DNA of 56,029 nt from a virus (lineage: Duplodnaviria > Caudoviricetes): positions 1-56,029 of the IMG/VR virus record IMGVR_UViG_3300021559_000001; one strand, given 5' to 3'. The notes below the pieces were generated by a model that saw only the letters and a program-made list of their open reading frames with translations, did no database searches and was not told the DNA's origin. Position 1 is the first letter of the stretch; each line of letters starts with the position of its first letter. A program made the translations under genes and the position numbers. This document shows positions 1 through 8,573 of the stretch, one piece after another.

Positions 1-29
1 CATCCGCTGAAAATCGCTGAAGCGCTGCC
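1..29. repeat. Terminal 29-bp direct repeat (identical to 56001-56029); circular-contig overlap
   Basis: catccgctgaaaatcgctgaagcgctgcc occurs at both ends; an ORF crosses the junction in frame. Confidence 0.95.
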
Positions 30-464
30 GGAGTTGGGATTGGTTTTGAATCCGTGAACCTCCGCAACCAGGTAGCCGGTTCCTGTGGTTGTGATCTGAA
101 TTCGCACGTAGGGGAAATAGCCCGTTGCGCGAATCTCTCCTTGGGTGGTTGCTGTTGTCGGATTGGTGAATGGGGATACGATCGTGCCGGCGAAGTTGAC
201 GAAGGTTCCGGCAATGCCTCCTGTTCCCAAGGGAGCATCCTGCAGGAGCACCGAGACTGTTGCGAAGCCGTTGGAAGAGTAGGTCACTACGAAGCCATCG
301 CAGCCCGCGAATCGATTGTCTATATTCTGGCTGGTGAAGGTTCCTGCTGTGGTGATGGGGGGATTTACGAATTTACCGCAGTCTGGCTGTTGTGAGGTGA
401 CGGGGGTGAGTTGCTGGGCTTGGAGGAGAGTACCTAAGAAGAGTGTAATTAGAGTGAGTTTCAT
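1..464 (-). CDS. N-terminal part of a ~332-aa secreted/virion protein that spans the circular junction (continues 56000->55466)
   Basis: ATG at 464 gives MKLTLITLFLGTLLQAQQ... (signal-peptide-like); reading through the junction (..FSG-C-TAGSPCV-VDGPT..) stays in frame with ORF 55466..55978. Confidence 0.8.
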   Translation of the reverse strand, partial: MKLTLITLFLGTLLQAQQLTPVTSQQPDCGKFVNPPITTAGTFTSQNIDNRFAGCDGFVVTYSSNGFATVSVLLQDAPLGTGGIAGTFVNFAGTIVSPFTNPTTATTQGEIRATGYFPYVRIQITTTGTGYLVAEVHGFKTNPNSGSASAIFSG

Positions 465-521
465 GATAAACCGCCGTCGTGCTGTCCAGCCGGTTCGGAA
501 TGCCAGTGCGCGGGAAATGTC

Positions 522-550
522 TTGACCCATTCGGGCCGGCGTAGTACAAC
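522..550 (+). promoter_or_regulatory. sigma70-type promoter for the tRNA
   Basis: TTGACC-17 bp-TACAAC, 6 nt upstream of the tRNA 5' end. Confidence 0.65.
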
Positions 551-556
551 TTCAAA

Positions 557-628
557 TGCGGCGTGGAGCAGAGGCAGCTCGGCAGGCTCATAACCTGTAG
601 GTCGCCGGTTCGAGTCCGGTCGCCGCAA
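557..628 (+). tRNA. tRNA-Met(CAT), initiator-like
   Basis: Acceptor TGCGGCG/CGCCGCA, D-arm GAGC..GCTC, anticodon loop CTCATAA, T-arm GCCGG-TTCGAGT-CCGGT; no encoded CCA. Confidence 0.9.
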
Positions 629-671
629 TTGGGAAAACTTGGATAAACCCTGCATAGCGAGGGACGGTCCA

Positions 672-736
672 TCCGGCGCGAGAGCGCGATTGTTGGTGGT
701 TGTGAAAAGGGTCCGGCGCGAGAGCGCGATTGTTGG
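672..736. repeat. 25-bp direct repeat x2 (40-bp period)
   Basis: tccggcgcgagagcgcgattgttgg at 672-696 and 712-736. Confidence 0.9.
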
Positions 737-764
737 CCCAGCCGTCCAGCCTCCCGAAAATATC

Positions 765-793
765 TTGACCGCTTCCCGGTCTTCCGTTACACT
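765..793 (+). promoter_or_regulatory. sigma70-type promoter
   Basis: TTGACC-17-TACACT upstream of ORF 806. Confidence 0.6.
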
Positions 794-805
794 GAATCTC
801 CCCGC

Positions 806-997
806 ATGAACGTTCACATTATGAACCAACCTACTGTGTACGAACTGTACGCCACACTGGCGCGCCTGGTTGACGGCGGCCATGGAGCGAGGCCGATCAT
901 TATCTGTCACGGTCGCAAGAAGTTGGATATCATCCAGGTTGCAACTCGCCCGAATAATCCCGACGCGCCGGCCGAAATCGACACGCGGGAGAGGTAA
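806..997 (+). CDS. Hypothetical cassette protein (63 aa)
   Basis: ATG ORF after a promoter, followed closely by ORF 1001. Confidence 0.55.
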   Translation: MNVHIMNQPTVYELYATLARLVDGGHGARPIIICHGRKKLDIIQVATRPNNPDAPAEIDTRER

Positions 998-1000
998 AAT

Positions 1001-1252
1001 ATGCCAGGGTTGCTGAAACCAAGTGCTTGCTGTCCATGTTGCGGAGTCCCGTTGATGGGGCTCGCCGATTTGACCACATCGACGACAGTGACACGCGAGT
1101 ATTTCCACGAAAAGCAAAACGGGGAGCTGCGGCGTTCCAAATGTACGAAACGCTTCACGGATTTGCGGGCCGCTGCCAACGAACGGAGCGCTCTGGAAGT
1201 CCACTGCGCACTGGCGAGCACAGGCCGTCGCGGACAGTATCACCCAAACTAA
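1001..1252 (+). CDS. Hypothetical Cys-cluster cassette protein (83 aa)
   Basis: GAGGT RBS; CCPCC; ends inside motif B. Confidence 0.6.
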   Translation: MPGLLKPSACCPCCGVPLMGLADLTTSTTVTREYFHEKQNGELRRSKCTKRFTDLRAAANERSALEVHCALASTGRRGQYHPN

Positions 1253-1260
1253 AGTCATTT

Positions 1261-1812
1261 TCATAGCCACGGATACTCCGTTCTTGGCCAGATATACCCT
1301 GTAAGCGCGCAGATCGTTTTCCCTGCTGGGTCTAGGGGTCCGCTTCCTGGGTTGGCGAAGTTCACGAAATACTGAAGCAATTGCCCGGAGAGCAGCGGAA
1401 TTCCTTGCCCCACAACATCGAAGGGCACGGTTAAGCTTCCGAGAGAGGTGCGGATATTGTCGAAAAATGGAATGTAGCGCCGGTCCTGCTGGACTCTCCA
1501 CACGATATCCCCGGATTCCTCGACGAAGCCGAACGAGTTCCAGACGTTCGTCATGCTGATTAAAAGGCCGTCGTAGCCCAGTGGAATGCGTTCGGAGAAT
1601 ACCAGATGGTCGGCGCCGTCGATGAGCCCCACTGAGGCGAGAGCTTTCCGCGGCTGCCAGCGCTTCGAGGTTTCGGGCGGCTGCAGAAATGGCGTGAGCC
1701 GGTTCGATTTCGGCCGGTTGGCCACGATCCTGCAGAACTCGCGTTGGGAGTGTTTCAGCCATTGAGAGGCTTGAATCAGATCAGTGTCACATGCTCCAAG
1801 GTTTCCTAGCAT
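1261..1812 (-). CDS. Putative minor structural beta-sandwich protein (183 aa)
   Basis: AAGGA RBS after motif A; lies in the structural operon; beta-strand pattern. Confidence 0.6.
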   Translation of the reverse strand: MLGNLGACDTDLIQASQWLKHSQREFCRIVANRPKSNRLTPFLQPPETSKRWQPRKALASVGLIDGADHLVFSERIPLGYDGLLISMTNVWNSFGFVEESGDIVWRVQQDRRYIPFFDNIRTSLGSLTVPFDVVGQGIPLLSGQLLQYFVNFANPGSGPLDPAGKTICALTGYIWPRTEYPWL

Positions 1813-1961
1813 AGATTGTTCCTTTGGGGTAAACCGCCGTCGTGCTGTCCGCCAAGGCTTCCGGGTGTCCTTCGCGCGGTGAAAGTACCAGTACAGAATG
1901 CCGCTTGAGAATGTTGGGAAACCCTTGTTTTCGATATTCTGACCGAGTATTCTATAGACCC

Positions 1962-2477
1962 ATGATCACCGCCGAACTGCAAAAAGAAATCGACAGTGCC
2001 CTTGAAACCACTCTGATGTTTGCGCCTAAGGGTGCAACCCTCAAAGAACTTGCCGCGCGAGCTTACAATTCCAATCGTCCGATATTCGATCAGGCTCAAC
2101 CCACCTGGATGCTGGATCGTATTGAGTGGATGATAGCGAGAAAGCGTAGGACGATAATTTCTGTTGATGCTGAGGAGCCCGCCCAATTCATGCTCCCTGG
2201 TTTTGAACGTATCCCCCGACGCCTCACAATGAAAAGCGGGAAACGTGTTGCTTTGCAGAACGCGATTCTTTCTCAACTGCGCGAGTATAGAGCCGCCCTG
2301 ATCGTGCAACTGACGAATTACCGGAACACGCTCGCTTCGAAAGATCCGGCCCAACATCCGAGAGTTCTCGCCCTCGACCGGCTGATTGAGTTGATGGAAG
2401 CCCACTCCGTCAAAGGTAAGACTGTCACAGTGGGCGACGTTATGGCCGCCGAGCGCAAAAAACAGGAGTGGCGCTAG
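1962..2477 (+). CDS. Cassette hypothetical protein (171 aa), paralog of 51509..52156
   Basis: Promoter TTGTTT-17-TATTCT (1925-1953); shares FERIP..L.NA.L..L..RA..L.RLI.LM.A with ORF 51509. Confidence 0.75.
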   Translation: MITAELQKEIDSALETTLMFAPKGATLKELAARAYNSNRPIFDQAQPTWMLDRIEWMIARKRRTIISVDAEEPAQFMLPGFERIPRRLTMKSGKRVALQNAILSQLREYRAALIVQLTNYRNTLASKDPAQHPRVLALDRLIELMEAHSVKGKTVTVGDVMAAERKKQEWR

Positions 2478-2536
2478 AGCCTCCGCGCAATGCCGACTCC
2501 GAAGCCGCGTCGATAGTCGAGCCCAAACTAAAAGCA

Positions 2537-3103
2537 TCACTTTGGCTCCAAAAAAAACATCGCCAGTTGACAGGACACATTATTATCCGACCCTGGCTGG
2601 GAATCGTTGGACACTTCACAATGGATCTGGCCCGGTTCCAATATTAGCCGCGGCTCATCTAGCAACTCGATCGGCGGGTTCAGCGTGTTGAACGTGGTCG
2701 TCACCGTCGAACCGCCCTTGATTCCTTGCCCTGCCTGCGGACGGTCGTAGATTCCCATCCCTGTGAACGATTCACGTATCATGACGCTGAACTTGGATTG
2801 CACGATCCCATCGTTGTTTACCGCGAAGGTCAAGCCCCACAGGTAGGAGCCGGGGCGTACCTGGAACTCGAGAAACTCCGTCTTGCCGGGTGGAATGTTC
2901 GTCGAGTTGGTATTGTTCGGGTTGGTGAATTGCTTCGGGCAGATGAAAACGCGCGGCCGGTAGCTGTCGGCCGCCAGTCTCAAATTCTGCATGGTCTCGT
3001 TTTGAAGGCAGTTCCAATACCAGTTCGATCCTTGGAGGGGGCGGGTTCCAAAGATTGATCCATAGCAGAAGCCGTCGAGTATTTGGGGGTAGTTTGTTAG
3101 CAT
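2537..3103 (-). CDS. Putative minor structural beta-sandwich protein (188 aa)
   Basis: AAGGAG RBS before ATG 3103 (MLTNYPQ), just downstream of motif A. Confidence 0.65.
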   Translation of the reverse strand: MLTNYPQILDGFCYGSIFGTRPLQGSNWYWNCLQNETMQNLRLAADSYRPRVFICPKQFTNPNNTNSTNIPPGKTEFLEFQVRPGSYLWGLTFAVNNDGIVQSKFSVMIRESFTGMGIYDRPQAGQGIKGGSTVTTTFNTLNPPIELLDEPRLILEPGQIHCEVSNDSQPGSDNNVSCQLAMFFLEPK

Positions 3104-3162
3104 GAGGCTCCTTGGAATCTTGGGGGTAAACCGCCGTCGTGCTGCGGAGGAAGGTTTCGGGT

Positions 3163-3190
3163 TTGACTTCGCGCGGTGGAAGTGTATAAT
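3163..3190 (+). promoter_or_regulatory. Strong sigma70-type promoter inside a cassette
   Basis: TTGACT-16-TATAAT. Confidence 0.65.
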
Positions 3191-3195
3191 CGTTT

Positions 3196-3283
3196 CGGCA
3201 GCTTGACGATCCGTGGTTCTGTTGGGCGCTTTATTTCGGGATACTCTCCGAGGCCCACGCTTGACCTTGCGCCGATCAAGCCG
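3196..3283 (+). ncRNA. Candidate small structured RNA
   Basis: Follows a consensus promoter; no ORF; ends pair (CGGCAGCTTGA/TCAAGCCG) with inner stems TGGGC/GCCCA and TCGG/CCGA. Confidence 0.4.
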
Positions 3284-3450
3284 TTCAAACTGGCCCCCGC
3301 GCAATGCCGATTCTGAGCCTGCGTCGATCCTTCAGCCCAAACTAAGGTCCTCATCCTGTAAGTACCTAGAACCAACGGCCTAGGTGAAGAAATAGAACCG
3401 AATTCGGACACGCTGGGACTGTTTCCCGCGTCTCTAAGGCAGGAGAATAA

Positions 3451-4014
3451 ATGTATGAAAACTTTCTGGATAGCAATGTTATACTTGGCGATGCTCTGGC
3501 CTGGTTGGCAGTTGAGATCGAGCGTTCTGACATCCACGTCCGCCATCAATGGCAAGCCGTTGTTTACTTCCACGTCCCCTGCGGGGTTTGTCAGGAAATG
3601 ACGCTGCACGATCAGTACGGAGAGGTCGAGGTTGGAATCGGCGATCTGTTTGAAATGAAGACGGGTCCCGCACAGAATCAATTCTCCGCTACGCTGGCTG
3701 TTGTCTGTCCCGAGCCGCTGACATTCAAGGGCCAACCGATTATCTGCGTACGTCTGAAACAAGGCGTCCTTGAGCATAACGGATCGAGATTTGAATACTC
3801 CGAAGAGCGGAACAATCTGCTTTTCAACCTCACTGGCGATCAGGTGGCGCGCCTGATCCGTGAGCATCGCCTGATGACCTTCGATATTCCCGCGCCGCAA
3901 TTGCCGCAGTTGCCGCAGAATATCTTGGACGAGAAAGTAATCAAGCCTCGCCGCGCTTCCGACAGCAAGAAACCCGCACGAAAGCATGAGCCAAACCAAA
4001 GCAGCCTGTTTTAG
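3451..4014 (+). CDS. Hypothetical cassette protein (187 aa, CxxC)
   Basis: AGGAG RBS, ATG start, antisense to the structural operon. Confidence 0.75.
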   Translation: MYENFLDSNVILGDALAWLAVEIERSDIHVRHQWQAVVYFHVPCGVCQEMTLHDQYGEVEVGIGDLFEMKTGPAQNQFSATLAVVCPEPLTFKGQPIICVRLKQGVLEHNGSRFEYSEERNNLLFNLTGDQVARLIREHRLMTFDIPAPQLPQLPQNILDEKVIKPRRASDSKKPARKHEPNQSSLF

Positions 4015-4073
4015 CCATACCAAACCATGGCAGAGGCTCTGGCGATTCGTTGTAGGGCTTCCTTTGGTGGCTG

Positions 4074-4202
4074 TCATAGCAGCAATCCCAGATCCTCGCA
4101 GAGTTCGCGGTATTCCCGATAGTTGTCGCCGCGGTCAGAACTTTTCCAGAATTCCTCTTCGCGAAACTCACGCATGATGCGCTGGGCCTGAGTTTCCGGC
4201 AT
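4074..4202 (-). CDS. Small hypothetical protein (42 aa)
   Basis: RBS (GGGGGA) supplied by the inner end of motif B at 4208. Confidence 0.45.
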   Translation of the reverse strand: MPETQAQRIMREFREEEFWKSSDRGDNYREYRELCEDLGLLL

Positions 4203-4269
4203 GAGTTCCCCCGCGCAATGCCGACTCCGAGCCTGCGTCGAATATTGAGCCCAAACCATAAAAACCCTG

Positions 4270-5166
4270 TTACCCGTTTACCGGCCCACTCACTGGAATT
4301 CGTTCCATCCCATCAAATATAATCTGCCACACATTCCCTTGAGCAACTGATTGCACCGCGTACAGATCGACTAGAATCTGACTCTGCCGCGGATAAAGGA
4401 TCCCTGGACAGGGGAACACTCCAGGCATCGGCGCCGGATCGGCCTGAAAGATCGGGGAAATCTGGTCGATGATGTAGGAATCCGGCACGGGCGCATTGGA
4501 AAGCGGATAGCCGCTCGAATCGTACAGCCAGTAATTGAAGACGCCCACGCGATCGGTGGTGACCAGCGGGACGCCTCCCGACAATGGCGGAGTGGCCGTT
4601 CCCGTGTCGAGTTGAATGATCCGATGGAGCTCGAAGTCGAGCCCGGCATTGATTCTTACGCTGAACCGCTGGTGATTCCCTCTCGTCCACGTTACAGGCC
4701 CCACGTTGAGCACGTACTGATAGCCGCGGGTGATGTAACCGGGACACGGATACGGCGCCTTCTCCCACGGAAACCGCTTGACCCCCTGGAATGCAAGGTA
4801 CGCAAGGAAGTCGGTTCCACCCGAGACCGCTACCGCTTTCGTAATCGTGGCGAGGTCGAAACGGATCTGGCTTTCCCGCGGGTAGTGTTTTTCAGGAACG
4901 ACGCTGATGTCCGCTTGTGGCCCTGCGATCGCCGCGGCCGGCAGCCAGGCGTAGGAGTTGCTGTAGTTGCGATAGGCGAAGAATTGCGCGATCGACGACG
5001 CGCCCGCGATCCGTCGAAGGATAAATTCCGCATCTCCATCGAGTTTGGTCGAGAGGGTATTGTTGACGCTGGTTCCATTCGTCAACCCGGTTCCGTCGAA
5101 CATGTAGATGTAAGGCACGTCATGGCAGCCTGGGGGGGTGATGTAGGGGGAGTATAGGTTGCTCAT
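4270..5166 (-). CDS. Putative two-domain jelly-roll-like minor capsid/vertex protein, paralog of 6744..7598
   Basis: Closely similar to ORF 6744 throughout (MSNLYSPY.TPPGCHD.PYIY.FDGTGLTNGT); internal two-repeat structure. Confidence 0.7.
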   Translation of the reverse strand: MSNLYSPYITPPGCHDVPYIYMFDGTGLTNGTSVNNTLSTKLDGDAEFILRRIAGASSIAQFFAYRNYSNSYAWLPAAAIAGPQADISVVPEKHYPRESQIRFDLATITKAVAVSGGTDFLAYLAFQGVKRFPWEKAPYPCPGYITRGYQYVLNVGPVTWTRGNHQRFSVRINAGLDFELHRIIQLDTGTATPPLSGGVPLVTTDRVGVFNYWLYDSSGYPLSNAPVPDSYIIDQISPIFQADPAPMPGVFPCPGILYPRQSQILVDLYAVQSVAQGNVWQIIFDGMERIPVSGPVNG

Positions 5167-5302
5167 GAGGATGCCTTTTGGGGTGAACCTCGGTCGTGCT
5201 GTCCGCCAAGGTTACGCGCGGCCGTGCCCCCGGTGGAAGTGATTTCCCCCGCGCAATGCCAGCCGCGAACCTGCGTCGATAATCGAGCCCAAACTAAAAA
5301 CG

Positions 5303-6508
5303 TCATGACGGTAGCAAGCACCTCTTAACGGGTCCCGGACTGCTGGGCGACAGAAGCATGACCAGTAGACTATGAGCGGTGGCCGGAGCATGGGCGGCAT
5401 CCTGCTCGGTCCAGGTGATACCGTCTGCTGATTTGAAGATGCGAATCTGATAGCTGATCGGCAGCCCCTCATGGAAAAACAGCGTTACGTAGAGCGGATT
5501 ACCAGCCCCGCCCGGCCCGACGTAGTAACCGGCATCGGTCGCGCCGTTTTGGGATAGCGCCGTGACAATCCCGAAAGCTCCGCTTGCGAGCTGCGCCGCC
5601 GATAGAGAGAAAATAAATTGGCTAGCGGCAGGCACGCCAGGCACGGGATTAGCTACCGCGTCATAAAACAAAGCCGGCGCGCTCCAGACTCCCGCGATTC
5701 GCGTGCTCTTGAACACGCTAATCACCGTCGGCGAGTTGTTCGTGTTCCAAAAGAGATTCAAATTGCCGGAATTGTCCACAACCAGGTACTCATCCTGATC
5801 GATATCGGTATTCGGGAGCGTGGTGTCGACCTGTTCAAATGTCCAAACCGGAGTAATCGAAGTGGCTGGATTTCCGAACCATACCCCAACCGGAAACGGC
5901 GATACTGTCGAGAAATACCCGAAAGCGATCTGACCGTTCCATAGCACTGGCGTCGAAATGAAACCACTCGGCGCACCCGCATCCGCCAGGATGACTTGAC
6001 CAAGATTCACCACGCCGCCCGTCGATAGAGTGCCGTGCATCATGATAGTAGGGCTCAGAATATTAGTTTGGTGCTGAAAGTAGATGACATGGATTAAATT
6101 GTTCTGATCTACGATTGCCTGAACGAAGCCCGGCTCATTGCTAACGTTGACCACACTTGGAGTGAAAACAGTTTGAGGTCCCCAGACGCCGCCGCTGAAG
6201 ACCCGGTAAAACAGGTTGCTTCCGCTGCCCGTCCCGCCCCCGAAGAACACGTAAACATCGCCGCTCGCAACCTGACAGCTAGCTCGAAATGTTCCATTGG
6301 CAGGCAACGTAAACCCGGCATCGGGAACTCCGTATGCATCCGTCACCATGCTGTAGTTGACCACATGGATATGGCCTGGAAAGATGGGGTCGACGTAGAC
6401 CAGGCGGATGAAACCGGCTGCTGGCTTCTGAAATGGCCCCATAAAGCCATTGCTGGCGTTATTCTGCAAGCTCAGGTTTGTAGGGTCGATCAGGTTTGGG
6501 CTGGGCAC
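5303..6508 (-). CDS. Beta-propeller (BNR/Asp-box-like) putative spike/receptor-binding protein
   Basis: Repeated blades (YRVFSGGVW, VDQNNLIHVIY, VDNSGNLNLFW) and the Asp-box KSADGITW. Confidence 0.6.
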   Translation of the reverse strand: MPSPNLIDPTNLSLQNNASNGFMGPFQKPAAGFIRLVYVDPIFPGHIHVVNYSMVTDAYGVPDAGFTLPANGTFRASCQVASGDVYVFFGGGTGSGSNLFYRVFSGGVWGPQTVFTPSVVNVSNEPGFVQAIVDQNNLIHVIYFQHQTNILSPTIMMHGTLSTGGVVNLGQVILADAGAPSGFISTPVLWNGQIAFGYFSTVSPFPVGVWFGNPATSITPVWTFEQVDTTLPNTDIDQDEYLVVDNSGNLNLFWNTNNSPTVISVFKSTRIAGVWSAPALFYDAVANPVPGVPAASQFIFSLSAAQLASGAFGIVTALSQNGATDAGYYVGPGGAGNPLYVTLFFHEGLPISYQIRIFKSADGITWTEQDAAHAPATAHSLLVMLLSPSSPGPVKRCLLPS

Positions 6509-6577
6509 GGTTCAGAGTACTCCTTGTGTTTGAATCCGTGCTGGCTGCGCTATGATGAATGGTGCGAGCGCGATCCT

Positions 6578-6736
6578 ATGCCCTGTCTGGAATACGTGCA
6601 AATATGCGTCTGCGGTCATACCTACAGCCTTCACACGCACACAGTATGCCCGGTTTGTTTTCGATGGCCCGTTAAAAGCGTGCCCCGCGCAACGGCAAGC
6701 ACGGAGCAGCCGTCGACAAATAAGCCCAAATACTAA
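6578..6736 (+). CDS. Small Cys/His cassette protein (52 aa)
   Basis: ATG directly after motif C'; CxCxH..CPVC; ends in motif B (RATASTE). Confidence 0.5.
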   Translation: MPCLEYVQICVCGHTYSLHTHTVCPVCFRWPVKSVPRATASTEQPSTNKPKY

Positions 6737-6743
6737 GCCCATT

Positions 6744-7598
6744 TCAGATCACCCCCTCATCCGGAACCCGCTCCACTCCATCAAACACAATCTGCCAGCA
6801 ATCCCCGTTCGGCGTGCTCTCGGTCGCGTAGAGGTCTACTACGATTTGAGAGAACCGCGGATAGAGCAAACCGGGAACCGGGAAAACTCCCGGCATGGGA
6901 CTAGGGTCCGCTTGGTCGATGGGGGAAATTTGATCGAGGACGTAGGAATCGGGAACCGGCGCGTTTGAAACCGGATACCCGTTGGCATCGTACAGCCAAT
7001 AATTGAAAACTCCGACCCGATTTGTCGGGACGTTGGTTCCGTTGCACTGAATGATTCTCATCAACTCGAAATCGAATCCTGCGTTGACGCGCACGCTGAA
7101 CCGCATGTACTGGGGTCGAGTCCAGGTGACCGCTGGCACGTTGAGCACGTACTGAAAGCTTCGCGGCGTGAAAGGGCAGGGACGAACCGGACTGCTCCAC
7201 GGGAAGCGCTTGACGCCCTGGAACGCGAGATACGACAGGAAATCCGTTCCACCCGAAATTGCCACGGCCTTTGCGATCCCGCCGAAGTCAAAGCGGATCT
7301 GGCTGTCTCGCGGATACACTTTCTCCGGCGCCACGCTGATATCGGCCTGCGGACCTGTTACGGAAGCCGCCGGAAGCCACACATACGAATTGCTGGCGTT
7401 GCGGTAGGTGAAGAATTGCGCGATCGAGGACGCGCCGGCGATTCGTCGAAGAATAAAATCCGCATCCCCATCGAGTTTCAGCGAGAGCGTGTTATTGACC
7501 GTGGTTCCGTTCGTGAGGCCCGTACCATCGAACACGTAGATATAGGGCGCGTCGTGACATCCAGGAGGGGTTAGGTAAGGCGAGTATAGATTACTCAT
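6744..7598 (-). CDS. Putative two-domain jelly-roll-like minor capsid/vertex protein (284 aa)
   Basis: GGAGG RBS before ATG 7598; paralog of 4270..5166. Confidence 0.7.
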   Translation of the reverse strand: MSNLYSPYLTPPGCHDAPYIYVFDGTGLTNGTTVNNTLSLKLDGDADFILRRIAGASSIAQFFTYRNASNSYVWLPAASVTGPQADISVAPEKVYPRDSQIRFDFGGIAKAVAISGGTDFLSYLAFQGVKRFPWSSPVRPCPFTPRSFQYVLNVPAVTWTRPQYMRFSVRVNAGFDFELMRIIQCNGTNVPTNRVGVFNYWLYDANGYPVSNAPVPDSYVLDQISPIDQADPSPMPGVFPVPGLLYPRFSQIVVDLYATESTPNGDCWQIVFDGVERVPDEGVI

Positions 7599-7631
7599 GA
7601 AACCTCCGAGTATCGCCACGGCGCGCCACAT

Positions 7632-8090
7632 TCAATATCCCCTCCGGTAGCGGTTCGGACCCCGGAAAACCACTTGCACGTTTTGATTGACCGCGGCCAC
7701 GTTGATGATGTCAAAGTGGATCGCTTGCCGCTGCCCAGGTCCTCTTCGATAGCTTACGGCCGGAAATTGCGGGAAGGGATTAGCCCACGTTCCCGGCGTG
7801 TTGTTCGAGTACAGAAAGCCGTCGCTGATGTAGTTGCCGGCGTCGTCCTGGACACGATAGAGGAAGCCCGGTCCTGAGACAGCGAAGATGAACGCGCGCC
7901 AGATAAATTCGTCCGCATCGCTGAGCACGATTACCTGATTGTTGAGCACCTGGTTCCCTGTCATCACCTGGAATCCGCCAGAGGGGGGCCAGATCATAGC
8001 GGCGTCCACGTCTTCGCAGCCTTGGGGGGAGGCTGGGTTGAACCCGTTCAAGTAAGGTGGAGCTGCCGGGTTGAAGATTTCTTGGCTCAT
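7632..8090 (-). CDS. Putative single jelly-roll-like structural protein (152 aa)
   Basis: Shares GNQ.L..DAD.F.W..F...QD..GNY.S with ORF 8574 and the repeats of 4270/6744. Confidence 0.65.
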   Translation of the reverse strand: MSQEIFNPAAPPYLNGFNPASPQGCEDVDAAMIWPPSGGFQVMTGNQVLNNQVIVLSDADEFIWRAFIFAVSGPGFLYRVQDDAGNYISDGFLYSNNTPGTWANPFPQFPAVSYRRGPGQRQAIHFDIINVAAVNQNVQVVFRGPNRYRRGY

Positions 8091-8164
8091 AGGATGAGTG
8101 GGGGTAAACCTCGGTCGTGCTGTCCAGACGATTCGGAAATACCCGAGCCCTGATACAATGTGCA

Positions 8165-8393
8165 TGTTAGCGTCGGCGTGGTGGCAAGCACGCTCGGAAG
8201 TGTGAGAACGACGGGGTTACTACAGGGGTTCTGATATGCGCGTGATGAGTGACAGCAGGGGGAAGCCCCCGGGATCACATGCACCAAGTCACGGCTGTTC
8301 GGTCCGGTATACTGCGAAGTTAAGCCCTGCTTGACGGTCGATCTGCGCTCACTGCTGAGGGTCGAAAGCCGGTTCGAATCCGGCACGCTAACA
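8165..8393 (+). ncRNA. tRNA-like RNA with ~160-nt expanded anticodon arm
   Basis: Acceptor-like helix TGTTAGCGT/ACGCTAACA, D-arm GCGTG-GTGGCAAG-CACGC, perfect T-arm GCCGG-TTCGAAT-CCGGC; extended -10 TGaTACAAT at 8151-8159. Confidence 0.7.
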
Positions 8394-8573
8394 ACGGCTG
8401 AACTATGACAAGAAAACAGCGCAAGCAATGAAATGCAAACCGGCGCTACCGTGTGCGGCGCAAACAAAAGCGGCAGAAGATGCGAAATGCCCAAAGGCCT
8501 ACCGGGAGATAATTCCCCCGCGCAATGCCGATTACTAACCTGCGCCGATAGTCGAGCCCAAACTAAAAGCATT

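Noticed and set aside
461-1762. 433-aa minus-strand ORF and other long shadow ORFs (e.g. 3097-4077, 9327-10328, 1806-2540)
   Set aside because: They overlap a tRNA or better-supported genes and look like high-GC alternative frames
4270-7598. Paralog pair as a DGR template/variable repeat
   Set aside because: Both are intact full-length genes, differences are not adenine-specific, and no reverse transcriptase is present
8165-8393. tmRNA or tRNA-Sec call
   Set aside because: No G3-U70 or GGGG 5' end and short for tmRNA; no UCA anticodon loop or long variable arm; kept as unclassified
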